Source of the DNA: a virus
Lineage: Duplodnaviria > Caudoviricetes
DNA: 57,862 nt
Virus record (IMG/VR): IMGVR_UViG_3300030108_003177
Span: 1 to 57,862 of that record
Reading direction: 5' to 3' (one strand)
Part shown: positions 29,282 to 37,652 of the stretch, piece after piece
Position numbering within the stretch: position 1 is the first letter of the stretch
Layout: every line of letters begins with the position of its first letter
The notes under the pieces: generated by a model
What the model saw: only the letters and a program-made list of their open reading frames with translations
Told to the model about the DNA's origin: nothing
Databases searched by the model: none
Made by a program: the position numbers and the translations under genes

Positions 29282-29530
29282 ATGAAAGACTATACTTTTA
29301 AATTAGACGTTGATATTTGGCTTGATCGTAATTTTACAGCTAAAGCTAATTCTTTAGAAGAGGCTAAAGAAAAAGCTAAAGTTATGGCAAAAGAAATTTT
29401 TAAAGACGCCCCAAATGTTTACAATGGTAGAGAGGGAGGTAAATCATTAGAGCTGTTGGCAAACTATTTGTCAGACTGGAATTTTGGAGATTTACGTTTT
29501 GATGTTGTTAATGTCGAGGAGGAAGAGTAA
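29282..29530 (+). CDS. Small acidic early protein (DpnD/PcfM-like)
   Basis: Y.F....AKANSLEEAKEKA pattern; SD. Confidence 0.55.
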   Translation: MKDYTFKLDVDIWLDRNFTAKANSLEEAKEKAKVMAKEIFKDAPNVYNGREGGKSLELLANYLSDWNFGDLRFDVVNVEEEE

Positions 29531-29946
29531 TGAATAAAGTATTTCAAAAAGCTGTGGCCTCAGCTCGATATTTCAAAAACAAAGGCGAAATAGATATGTG
29601 GCGTAGTGTTTGGCATGACGGCAAACCTTACGACTATCATCTAAACACAGACTTGGATTTAGATTGTCCTGATCGTAGTCATGTTTGTGAAGTTTATGTA
29701 TATGCTTGTATTAAAAAAGCAGATGGATTTTACGATACTGACACAAGCAAAACTTTGCACATTCACAGATTTAGAGATTTACCAAAAGGTTACGACAGCT
29801 GTTGTAAATGTGGAAGCAAAGAACAGCCGATGGAAGATATGGAGCAAAGCTTTGCACCAGTTCTTTTGTGTGACGATTGCTATACAGAACTTAGAGTTAT
29901 GGTAGCTAATTACGTCAATTGTAATCTGCAAAGTTTAGAGATATAG
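29530..29946 (+). CDS. Early protein with C-terminal CxxC...CxxC
   Basis: CCKC...LCDDC; TAATG coupling. Confidence 0.55.
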   Translation: MNKVFQKAVASARYFKNKGEIDMWRSVWHDGKPYDYHLNTDLDLDCPDRSHVCEVYVYACIKKADGFYDTDTSKTLHIHRFRDLPKGYDSCCKCGSKEQPMEDMEQSFAPVLLCDDCYTELRVMVANYVNCNLQSLEI

Positions 29947-29953
29947 GAGGACT

Positions 29954-30250
29954 ATGATGATTAAAGCATATTTTACTACTAGTAAGCATAGCGATTGGAT
30001 AGCTACATTTGATAATGAGGATGTATACAATGTATGTTGGCCGCAATTAGAAAAGTTAGCTAAAAAACACAGAATGGAGCTTTCTGAATCTTGTGCAATG
30101 GATGACAGAGAAGAATTCTTTGAGTGGTTAGAGACTTGTCCAGTTGATTACAATGTAGACCAAACAGACGATGATGGAGACAATGAAATTAAAGTTATTG
30201 GTTTTGTAGTGCCAAAAGAGGATACATATAAGGAGGACTACGATGACTAA
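29954..30250 (+). CDS. Small acidic early protein
   Basis: SD AGGAGG; acidic composition. Confidence 0.55.
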   Translation: MMIKAYFTTSKHSDWIATFDNEDVYNVCWPQLEKLAKKHRMELSESCAMDDREEFFEWLETCPVDYNVDQTDDDGDNEIKVIGFVVPKEDTYKEDYDD

Positions 30251-30632
30251 AAAACTGTATAAAGTAACTTGCACCTCTCAGACTTATACACATTATTGGG
30301 TAAGAGCGGAGAATAAAAAAGATGCTGAAGAAAATTATGGCAACTTTGAAAAAACTTTAGACGATCCTTTGTATGGTGCTAATGACGAAGAAGTTTTAGA
30401 AGCTGTACAAGTCAAGGACGATGACTTTCCTTATATCAAAGTTAAGATAGCTTGGGGATCAGATCGTGATGAAAGAAACATCGAAGAATATAGGTTTGAT
30501 ACTAAAGAGGAATACTATGCTTTTATGAAAGGCGTTGATGCTTCAAATGGTTGGTTAGATTATTCAACAATTGGAGATGGAGAATCTTTTGAAACTGTAG
30601 AAGAGTGGAGGAAATACTATGGAAAAGATTGA
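30243..30632 (+). CDS. Early protein with DpnD/PcfM-like N-terminus
   Basis: LYKV....WVRAENKKDAEE; SD AGGAGG. Confidence 0.55.
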   Translation: MTKKLYKVTCTSQTYTHYWVRAENKKDAEENYGNFEKTLDDPLYGANDEEVLEAVQVKDDDFPYIKVKIAWGSDRDERNIEEYRFDTKEEYYAFMKGVDASNGWLDYSTIGDGESFETVEEWRKYYGKD

Positions 30633-30837
30633 ACTGACCAAAGAAGATAAACAAGAAATCATATCTTGTGTAATGGAGATCAAATTCATTTTAGAAAATG
30701 GTTTAGATCATGGTTATGAAGCAGTTAATTCAGCTACAATAAACGGTTTTAGTTATGACAATGATGATGATCTTTACAAAGATTTCAAAAAAATTCAAAA
30801 CTTAGATTTAAAACTGGAGGCCTTATGGAAAAGCTAA
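30619..30837 (+). CDS. Small acidic early protein
   Basis: SD GGAGG. Confidence 0.5.
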   Translation: MEKIELTKEDKQEIISCVMEIKFILENGLDHGYEAVNSATINGFSYDNDDDLYKDFKKIQNLDLKLEALWKS

Positions 30838-31202
30838 AAGACTTAGGCAATCTTTGTATCGATTGCAAAAAAGATACAAGTTTTGGATCAGGTAAGTTCG
30901 TCAATCGTATTCCAGCTGATGACGGAGAAGTTTCAGGATTTATGTGTGCTGATTGTCAAATGGTTGAATGTGATTCTTGTAAACAAAAAGTTTTTGAATA
31001 TGAAACAAGTGAACAAGGTGCATGGTATTGTATTGATAAATGTTACAAACCTGAAACATTAGTTGATATTAAGACTAAGTTCAGAGATGCCCAAGGTATG
31101 TTTGAAAGCTTATTAGAAACCTATCCTGATGACGAAGAAATAGACTTATTTAGTAGAAAACTTAACGAACTTTTTGAATTGATGGAGGGAGAAAATGACT
31201 AA
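30825..31202 (+). CDS. Cys-rich (zinc-binding) early protein
   Basis: CIDC..DTSFGSGKFVNRIPAD...MCADC, CDSC, CIDKC. Confidence 0.6.
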   Translation: MEKLKDLGNLCIDCKKDTSFGSGKFVNRIPADDGEVSGFMCADCQMVECDSCKQKVFEYETSEQGAWYCIDKCYKPETLVDIKTKFRDAQGMFESLLETYPDDEEIDLFSRKLNELFELMEGEND

Positions 31203-31377
31203 GTATTATGTAAAAGTTACCCAAATTAATGAGTTTTATATTGAAGCAAAGAACAAAAAAGAAGCTGAAGATATAGCACATCAGGATTACATTTGGGACG
31301 AAGATCAGAATTATCCTGATACCTATGGTTACAAAATAAATGTTGAGGAGGTTAATGATGAAACATTGGCTGACTAA
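31195..31377 (+). CDS. Small acidic early protein (DpnD/PcfM-like)
   Basis: YYVKV....YIEAKNKKEAEDIA. Confidence 0.55.
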   Translation: MTKYYVKVTQINEFYIEAKNKKEAEDIAHQDYIWDEDQNYPDTYGYKINVEEVNDETLAD

Positions 31378-31627
31378 AGAAGAAATGGGAGATGGTTTCC
31401 AACACAATGAAGAAGAGCATAAAGAGTTTGAATATAATTCTTTAATAGACGTGGCCGAGCATGAAAAAAATACGATGCGAACCACATATATTGCTCGAGA
31501 TATTTGGACGCCCCAACAAAGACTTCAGCTTAGAGATTTGCTGAACGAACTTATCGAAAATGATCAAGAAGAATTACACAACGATGCTGTAATAGATAAT
31601 CAATATGAAAGGAGCTGTGATGCGTGA
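31358..31627 (+). CDS. Small acidic early protein
   Basis: SD GAGGAGG supports a start at 31355/31358. Confidence 0.5.
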   Translation: MKHWLTKEEMGDGFQHNEEEHKEFEYNSLIDVAEHEKNTMRTTYIARDIWTPQQRLQLRDLLNELIENDQEELHNDAVIDNQYERSCDA

Positions 31628-31802
31628 ATATAATTTAAATTTTAAAGATCTAGATAAATCAACAATTCAGAATATAAAACTAGAACTGGCCATTCAAGAC
31701 AAGCTTGGCAAGTTTGAGTTTAGAAACAAATTTATTTCATCAGGATTTTTAAGCAGAGATAAAACTGGTCAAATTACATTTAAACCAGCAATTTATAAAT
31801 AG
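31620..31802 (+). CDS. Small early protein
   Basis: SD AAGGAG before the ATG at 31620. Confidence 0.5.
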   Translation: MREYNLNFKDLDKSTIQNIKLELAIQDKLGKFEFRNKFISSGFLSRDKTGQITFKPAIYK

Positions 31803-31810
31803 GAGGATCT

Positions 31811-32149
31811 GTGATGAAAGTTAAAGATCTAATAAAACAATTAAAAGATTGCGATCAAGATTTAGAAGTATTTGTTCACTTTAATGATGACACACACGAA
31901 TTGCATTCTATTGACACTTCAATTAAAGATCGTGTTGACATAAATTTAGTAGAAAATGAAGATCAAATATCTGTTGAATGGTGTACTGAAGATGTAATTA
32001 GTCAATGTGATTGGCTGACTAAAGAACAAGCAAGAGAAGTATTGCAAATGTGTAAACATAAACATGATTGTACAATTGGAATTACTTGGGAAGTTATTGA
32101 TGAAATAGCTTGTGCAATGTTCCCAATACACTCAACAAGACAAGTTTAA
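31811..32149 (+). CDS. Early hypothetical protein
   Basis: MKVKDLIKQL N-terminus; W..EDV...LT.EQAREVL...HD..IGI.W; SD AGGAGG. Confidence 0.55.
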   Translation: MMKVKDLIKQLKDCDQDLEVFVHFNDDTHELHSIDTSIKDRVDINLVENEDQISVEWCTEDVISQCDWLTKEQAREVLQMCKHKHDCTIGITWEVIDEIACAMFPIHSTRQV

Positions 32150-32163
32150 CGAAAGGAGGTAGG

Positions 32164-32259
32164 ATGTTTTTTTTATTCGATTGGATTGGAAAAATTTTAT
32201 ACGGAAAAGATTACGAAAAGTATAAAAACCAACGACCCAAAACAAGACGTAAAAGATAA
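32164..32259 (+). CDS. 31-aa peptide (hydrophobic N-terminus, basic C-terminus; not in ORF track)
   Basis: MFFLFDWIGKILYGKDYEKYKNQRPKTRRKR; strong SD AAGGAGGT. Confidence 0.5.
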   Translation: MFFLFDWIGKILYGKDYEKYKNQRPKTRRKR

Positions 32260-32264
32260 AATAT

Positions 32265-32329
32265 AGGCCATGTTTGACATGGCCTTTTTTATTTGATAAA
32301 TATATAAGATAAATCACATATTATAGGAG
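32265..32329 (+). promoter_or_regulatory. Terminator/promoter hybrid cassette 1
   Basis: AGGCCATGT-TTG-ACATGGCCT plus T-tract, containing TTGACA-17-TAAATA; then ATAAGA-N4-TCACAT and leader/SD. Confidence 0.65.
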
Positions 32330-32337
32330 AAATATCT

Positions 32338-32499
32338 ATGGAAAAATACAAAGTTTTTATGTCAGGTTGGCTGAAAACTACTGTGTATGTTGAAGCTGAA
32401 AACGAAGATGAAGCTTTAGATAATGCACAAATGGAAATGTCTTTTGATAATTTAGAAGAGATAGAAGTTTTAGGAACTGTAAACGAGGAGGAGGAATAA
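32338..32499 (+). CDS. Small acidic early protein (DpnD/PcfM-like; 53 aa, not in ORF track)
   Basis: KYKV....VYVEAENEDEALDNA; SD AGGAG. Confidence 0.6.
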   Translation: MEKYKVFMSGWLKTTVYVEAENEDEALDNAQMEMSFDNLEEIEVLGTVNEEEE

Positions 32500-32501
32500 T
32501 C

Positions 32502-32732
32502 ATGGAATACAGAGAAGCAAAAGAAAAATTTCTAGCTGAAGTAAATGAGTTAGAAGACAGAGATTTAATGTACTTTTTGTTACATCAAATTAGCGGAAAA
32601 AATCCAAATCCTGATTACTATTATGTTTTACAACCTTTTGACGATGATAATTTAACTGGTTTTATGGCAGATCATATTTCAAATAGTGCCGCTAGAAGTT
32701 GGATTAAAGAATTACTTGAAGATAGGGAGTGA
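32502..32732 (+). CDS. Small acidic early protein
   Basis: SD GGAGG. Confidence 0.5.
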   Translation: MEYREAKEKFLAEVNELEDRDLMYFLLHQISGKNPNPDYYYVLQPFDDDNLTGFMADHISNSAARSWIKELLEDRE

Positions 32733-32736
32733 GTAA

Positions 32737-32955
32737 ATGAAAATCTATAAAAGAAGTATTTATGAAGATCAAAAATATACCATATCTTTTGGAACTGAAG
32801 AAGATTTAAAAGATTGGAAAGATGAAGAACTAAATTGGATCGCTCAAGATTTTTCTGTTGAAGATGACAGCATTGAACAAATTGGAGTATCCACAGATAA
32901 AAACATTGGTGCTTTATTAAACACAATTAATAAAATAATTAGAGAGGATAAATAA
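32737..32955 (+). CDS. Small acidic early protein
   Basis: SD GGAG; co-oriented in the operon. Confidence 0.5.
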   Translation: MKIYKRSIYEDQKYTISFGTEEDLKDWKDEELNWIAQDFSVEDDSIEQIGVSTDKNIGALLNTINKIIREDK

Positions 32956-33314
32956 TGCCAGTAATGATAAGAACTGTAGAAAATGAGGGAACTTATGAGC
33001 GTTCCCACAAACATTTTTTTGAACTTTTAGATTGTAAGTTAATTGAACGTGATTTTGAGGGCAGACCTTGGACTGAGAAAATTGCAGTAAATCAAGATGG
33101 TAAACAAATTAAAGAAATAGATTTACTTAGATTAATTTATGCTAATTTTAAAGTTTTTAAAAAAGATGGCTATGATGATTTCTTTATGGTTAGAGAATAT
33201 ATTGACGATGATGGAGATTGTCAGCACTCCCCTGAAATTGAAGTTTATATTGATCGTATCGACAATGTAGATGAAGATGATATTAAAGTTTTAAAAAGAT
33301 GGGGATTTGCATAA
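32955..33314 (+). CDS. Acidic early protein
   Basis: TAATG coupling; SD GAGG. Confidence 0.5.
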   Translation: MPVMIRTVENEGTYERSHKHFFELLDCKLIERDFEGRPWTEKIAVNQDGKQIKEIDLLRLIYANFKVFKKDGYDDFFMVREYIDDDGDCQHSPEIEVYIDRIDNVDEDDIKVLKRWGFA

Positions 33315-33345
33315 AGCTTTACATATAAGAAATATCTGATATATT

Positions 33346-33402
33346 AAAAACTGAGTATTTATTGCTCAGTTTTTTTTATGTTTTAACTATCACACAAAGG
33401 AG
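33346..33402 (+). promoter_or_regulatory. Terminator/promoter hybrid cassette 2
   Basis: AAAAACTGAGTA...TGCTCAGTTTTT plus T-tract; weak TTGCTC-16-TAACTA; leader TATCACACAAAGGAG. Confidence 0.5.
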
Positions 33403-33407
33403 AAAAT

Positions 33408-34568
33408 ATGAGACATTTAGAAAATGACAGTAGGACTTTAGAGAACCTATTACTTGATATCAAAAGTCATAATGATATGAAACAAGACTTTATTGCACCT
33501 ACAAACCAACTTCAGTTTAAAACCATAGAGAACGACAAAGGCGTTAAAACTAGTCAGATTATTATGGAAGCTGATAGAGGAGAGAAAACTCAAATCTTAA
33601 ATGCAAACCAAGTATGTTTAGATCAAATTGCAAATAAGATTGAAATCCAAGCACCAACATTTAGGCGGCTATTAAATGAAGTTCCAGAGGAAACTGACGC
33701 CGTTGTTAATGCTTTATTTGAAAAGAATCCAGTTAGGAGAATGATCAGAACTTATGATAATCCTCATGCATTATCTCCATTTAATTATGACCATCATACT
33801 GGAATTGCTAGAGCATTTGTTTCTGATAAATTTAAAACTTTTGATAATTCTGATTTATTAGAATCTGCATTGCCTACACTTGGGGAGTCTGGTGCTTCAT
33901 GGAAGATTGTTAACTATGCCAACAGCGATAAAAAACTTTATATTAGATTGAAAAGCGAAGTTATAACAGCTGACGCAGGTGTTAATGATATTATGGCACA
34001 TGGGATAGGTATTTCTAATAGTGAGGTAGGTTTTGGTAGTATTTCAGTTTTTGGTATATCTTGGACATTAGCTTGTTTAAATGGGATGCAAACTGAAAAT
34101 GTAACTAGGAAAGCACATATTACGAGTGCTAGAACTGGAGATCATTATAACATATTAACCGATGAAACTAAGGACGCCGATAACCACGCCCTGAAACTTC
34201 AACTAAGAGATATAATTTCTTCTTATGGTAGTAGAGAAACATTCGATGAAAATGTTGAGAAAATTAGATTAGCTAAAGAAGATAAAATTGCTGTAGGCAA
34301 AAATTATACTGAAGCGGTTGAGGACTTAGGCAAGGTTATGTCTTTATCTAAAAAAGAAACTTCAAGTGTTTTAGATGGTTTATTAAATACCATAGGACAA
34401 AGAGGTTATGAACAAGGACAGCCAATATCAAAGGCAACTTTAGTGAATGCTTGTACTAATGTTGGAAATACAGCTGAAGCCGATAACGTAGACTTTTGGC
34501 AAAAATTAGGTGGAAAAGTTTTAAATCTTAAATCTAATGACTGGAATAGAGTCGCTTTAGCTAGTTAG
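33408..34568 (+). CDS. DUF932/DUF945-family protein
   Basis: RAFVSDKF..FDN, GI.ISNSEVG.GS, LACLNGM. Confidence 0.75.
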   Translation: MRHLENDSRTLENLLLDIKSHNDMKQDFIAPTNQLQFKTIENDKGVKTSQIIMEADRGEKTQILNANQVCLDQIANKIEIQAPTFRRLLNEVPEETDAVVNALFEKNPVRRMIRTYDNPHALSPFNYDHHTGIARAFVSDKFKTFDNSDLLESALPTLGESGASWKIVNYANSDKKLYIRLKSEVITADAGVNDIMAHGIGISNSEVGFGSISVFGISWTLACLNGMQTENVTRKAHITSARTGDHYNILTDETKDADNHALKLQLRDIISSYGSRETFDENVEKIRLAKEDKIAVGKNYTEAVEDLGKVMSLSKKETSSVLDGLLNTIGQRGYEQGQPISKATLVNACTNVGNTAEADNVDFWQKLGGKVLNLKSNDWNRVALAS

Positions 34569-34576
34569 GTTATTTT

Positions 34577-34744
34577 ATGAAAAATATAAAATTAGAAGAT
34601 CTAGACTTTTGGATTGGTGACATGAGTAAACAAGAAATTTTAAAAGAAGTTATTTTGCCAGTGATTAATTTTGAGTATAGAGTTAGTCAATTTAGACAAG
34701 ATATTTTAGATACAAAACAAGAAACTGACGATATGTCACAATAA
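34577..34744 (+). CDS. Small early protein (55 aa, not in ORF track)
   Basis: MKNIKLEDLDFWIGD...; fills the gap before the next hairpin. Confidence 0.5.
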   Translation: MKNIKLEDLDFWIGDMSKQEILKEVILPVINFEYRVSQFRQDILDTKQETDDMSQ

Positions 34745-34765
34745 CCTAACTTTAAAACCTACTAT

Positions 34766-34830
34766 AAACGGCGTAATTTGACTTTTACGCCGTTTTTTTT
34801 TATTATCTTAACATCACAATTATATAGGAG
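34766..34830 (+). promoter_or_regulatory. Terminator/promoter hybrid cassette 3
   Basis: AAACGGCGTAA-tTTGACTt-TTACGCCGTTT plus T-tract; TTGACT-17-TATTAT; leader ATCACAATTATATAGGAG. Confidence 0.75.
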
Positions 34831-34836
34831 ATTAAA

Positions 34837-34992
34837 TTGAAAAAAATAAAATGGATTCTCTATTTAAGAGGACAAAAAGGTTGGACTGAAGAAGCTCAAT
34901 ATGACAACCAAGATGATGGAGAGTATTATCTTGAGGAATGGAAACAAGAGTTTCCAGAGTGTAAATTTAAATTAGTCAAAATGGAGGTATAA
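34837..34992 (+). CDS. Small early protein (51 aa, TTG start; not in ORF track)
   Basis: MKKIKWILYLRGQKGW...; SD AGGAG. Confidence 0.5.
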   Translation: MKKIKWILYLRGQKGWTEEAQYDNQDDGEYYLEEWKQEFPECKFKLVKMEV

Positions 34993-35319
34993 ATGCCGTT
35001 ACATTATGATACTAGGAAATGCGATTTAAATGACATTTCAAAAGATACTATTAGTGCAATGATTCATGTTACAATGGTCATTGATGTTGGGGAGTTTACC
35101 GAAAAAAATGTAAAAGATATTTTTTATCGTATTAAAATATCTGAAATGTTTAATGGTACCCCTTTTTTATATACTGATCCTAAAAATCCAAAATCAGTTT
35201 TAGCTGATCAAGATTTAATTAAAAAATTTATTGGTTTAAAAACTAATGTTAGAACGATCAGTTTAAAAAAATGGTTTAGTAATAAAATCAAACAATATGG
35301 AGTCTTAAATGGAAAATAA
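34993..35319 (+). CDS. Early hypothetical protein
   Basis: SD GGAGG; IGLKTNV motif. Confidence 0.55.
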   Translation: MPLHYDTRKCDLNDISKDTISAMIHVTMVIDVGEFTEKNVKDIFYRIKISEMFNGTPFLYTDPKNPKSVLADQDLIKKFIGLKTNVRTISLKKWFSNKIKQYGVLNGK

Positions 35320-35482
35320 TCAAAAGAAAAAAATAATTAATGAATTAGAACGAATAATTGATGAAACTAATTACTCAAGTTATGACGATTATAATTCTGA
35401 AACAATTTGTCCTGAAACGATTCATTTTGATAGAGGAAGACTATTTGTTGCTAACTTTATTTTATGGGAAATGAAAAAATGA
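35309..35482 (+). CDS. Small early protein (57 aa, not in ORF track)
   Basis: MENNQKKKIINELE...; SD GGAG; ATGA-coupled to the next gene. Confidence 0.45.
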   Translation: MENNQKKKIINELERIIDETNYSSYDDYNSETICPETIHFDRGRLFVANFILWEMKK

Positions 35483-35673
35483 AAGATAATTTAGGACTCG
35501 AAAATACTAGAAGACAATTACAACAATTAATTAATTTTCTTAATAAGCAAAGTTTAAAAGAAAATGATAATTTATTAAATGAAGCTGTTAATAATTTAAT
35601 GGCTTCACAAAGTTATTTAAATAAATTTGCACAAAATAAAATGTTAAATTGGAGGTTAAAAAATGAAAATTAA
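35479..35673 (+). CDS. Small early protein
   Basis: ATGA overlap with the preceding ORF. Confidence 0.45.
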   Translation: MKDNLGLENTRRQLQQLINFLNKQSLKENDNLLNEAVNNLMASQSYLNKFAQNKMLNWRLKNEN

Positions 35674-35866
35674 TTATAAAAAAATAAATTGTGAAGTTTG
35701 TTATCTTATCAATGAGACATTAATTGGAAATGAAGAAATAAAAGATTCAGATGATTATTTATTTTGTGACGAATGCCAAAAAGATTTACCCTTTTATTAT
35801 GCTTTAAAAAATAACGATAAAAGAGCAATCAGGGAGTTAAAAAAATCATTTACTTATTTACGTTAA
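35663..35866 (+). CDS. Small zinc-binding early protein
   Basis: CEVC...FCDEC; SD GGAGG. Confidence 0.55.
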   Translation: MKINYKKINCEVCYLINETLIGNEEIKDSDDYLFCDECQKDLPFYYALKNNDKRAIRELKKSFTYLR

Positions 35867-35888
35867 ATTTAACTAACTTAACAGATCC

Positions 35889-35953
35889 AAACGCCAGTAT
35901 TTGACTCTACTGGCGTTTTTTTTTATATTAATAGTTCACACATTTAAAAAGGT
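35889..35953 (+). promoter_or_regulatory. Terminator/promoter hybrid cassette 4
   Basis: AAACGCCAGTA-tTTGACTc-TACTGGCGTTT plus T-tract; TTGACT-17-TATATT; leader TCACACATT. Confidence 0.75.
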
Positions 35954-35959
35954 AAATTT

Positions 35960-36625
35960 ATGTTAAAAACTACAATATATAAAAAGAACATTTTTGAATT
36001 AGAAAATTATCAATTCAAAATATTAAAACCCAGTACAAATAAAAAGCTTGGAAAAAAAGTTTTAAAAGGTAAATACAAAGATTATAAATTTGTAACTTTA
36101 ACACTTGTAGAGCGTGAGACGTGCCCCAAAGATTGCGTCCATTGGTCAGATTGTTACGGCAATAATATGCCTTTTGCTCATCGAATGAGTGCAAAAGATG
36201 AAGAGCTATTGATGAAGAGAATCTACAATGATTTATTAAATAGTGTTAATCAATTTTTATTAATTCGCTTGCATATTTTAGGCGATTTTTTCAGCGTGAA
36301 ATATGTAAAATTTTGGCGTAAAATGTTAAACACTTTTAATAATATTGCTTTATATGGATATACAGCAAATAATATTAAATCGATTTATTCAGATTCCAGA
36401 GCAATTGCAAAAGAGATAATTAAATTAAATAAAAATGAAGATTGCCACATTAGATTCAGTAATGATTTACAAGCTTCTTTTTCTGCGAATTCATACGACA
36501 TTGTAAAACCTGTTAAAGGTGTTTCAATAGTATGCCCAGTTCAAGAAAATAAAACCGCTAATTGTGGAACTTGCGGACTATGTTGGAATCAAAAAGAACA
36601 ACAAATTATATTTAAAACGCATTAA
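35960..36625 (+). CDS. Phage Gp88-like Cys-rich (radical-SAM-like) protein
   Basis: N.KLGK, TCPKDC.....CY, IRLH..GDF, YGYT, CP.Q....NC..C.LCW. Confidence 0.65.
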   Translation: MLKTTIYKKNIFELENYQFKILKPSTNKKLGKKVLKGKYKDYKFVTLTLVERETCPKDCVHWSDCYGNNMPFAHRMSAKDEELLMKRIYNDLLNSVNQFLLIRLHILGDFFSVKYVKFWRKMLNTFNNIALYGYTANNIKSIYSDSRAIAKEIIKLNKNEDCHIRFSNDLQASFSANSYDIVKPVKGVSIVCPVQENKTANCGTCGLCWNQKEQQIIFKTH

Positions 36626-36654
36626 AAAAACTAGTTGCTGCTTTTTTAAAATTT

Positions 36655-36729
36655 AAACGCTGTAATTTGACATTTACGGCGTTTTTTTTTATTCTTTTTT
36701 TATCACACAATTAATAATTATATAGGAGG
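36655..36729 (+). promoter_or_regulatory. Terminator/promoter hybrid cassette 5
   Basis: AAACGCTGTAA-tTTGACAt-TTACGGCGTTT plus T-tract; TTGACA-17-TATTCT; leader ATCACACA...ATTATATAGGAGG. Confidence 0.75.
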
Positions 36730-36737
36730 TTTTTATT

Positions 36738-36920
36738 GTGAAAAATTCAAAATTTAAATATGAATTAAAAAAGCAATTTGATGATTTAATTTATGAAATT
36801 GTTAAAACTAGAACGCTTAATTATAGCGATGATATTAATCAGCTGGTCAAACAAATGACTCCAACAATTGAGAAAATTAATAATTTATTGGAGGATAAAA
36901 ACAATGAAATTATTAAATAG
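36738..36920 (+). CDS. Small early protein
   Basis: GTG start with SD AGGAGG. Confidence 0.5.
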   Translation: MKNSKFKYELKKQFDDLIYEIVKTRTLNYSDDINQLVKQMTPTIEKINNLLEDKNNEIIK

Positions 36921-37110
36921 TTTTAAATTTATTGATGCCTTTTATAAGTTTATTGATAACAAAATTAATCTAAATGAATTAGAAAATATTTATTATTCTT
37001 ATAAATTTAAATTAATTGGATTTAGATTCCATAAAGAAAAATCTAATGGAGCTAATCATATTTTAATTAAATCTTTGGACACTGACCAGACATTTAAATT
37101 AACAATTTAA
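36904..37110 (+). CDS. Small early protein
   Basis: SD GGAGG before the ATG at 36904. Confidence 0.5.
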   Translation: MKLLNSFKFIDAFYKFIDNKINLNELENIYYSYKFKLIGFRFHKEKSNGANHILIKSLDTDQTFKLTI

Positions 37111-37130
37111 CAGCTGTTAGAAGCTGATAG

Positions 37131-37172
37131 AACGCCGTTAATTATTGACGGCGTTTTTTTATGTTTTAAATA
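37131..37172 (+). terminator. Terminator/promoter hybrid cassette 6 (end of early region)
   Basis: AACGCCGTTAA-TTA-TTGACGGCGTT plus T-tract; TTGACG-16-TAAATA; no ORF follows. Confidence 0.65.
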
Positions 37173-37652
37173 GTTAAACATCGTCCAGACGGACGCAAAC
37201 AGCTGTTTAAAACCTACGGCGTAATAATAACAGCTGTAGAACTTTGAACCGAGAACCGCGAATTAAAAACCTTGGAGAAATTAAAAAGCAATTTGGACAA
37301 CTTGCCGTGATCCACGAACCAAACGACCTGGAATTTTTAAAATTAAATCACTGATGTTATTAACTTTTTTTAGTGTTTAAGCTGCGGAAAAAGTTTAAAT
37401 TAAAACGGCATCAGGACGCCAAATAATGAGCCGTGAGCCGTGAAACTTTAGGCTAGAGACTCCGATAAATAAAGGTTAATTTATAAGGCTAGAGCAAAGA
37501 AAAATGGGCAAAAAATCACGGACGGCGTGCAATCGCCTGCGGGTGCTTGTGCCAAGTTTTTCACAAATATTCACATATAATTTGAAATAGCCATTAACTA
37601 TATTATAATAAGCGATAAATGGCATAAAATAACATAGCATAGGGGCCCCTAC

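Noticed and set aside
32265-37172. Repeated hairpins as a CRISPR array or integron attC sites
   Set aside because: Spacing is hundreds to more than a thousand bp with genes between, the repeats are not identical, and there is no cas or integrase gene. Terminator plus promoter explains them.
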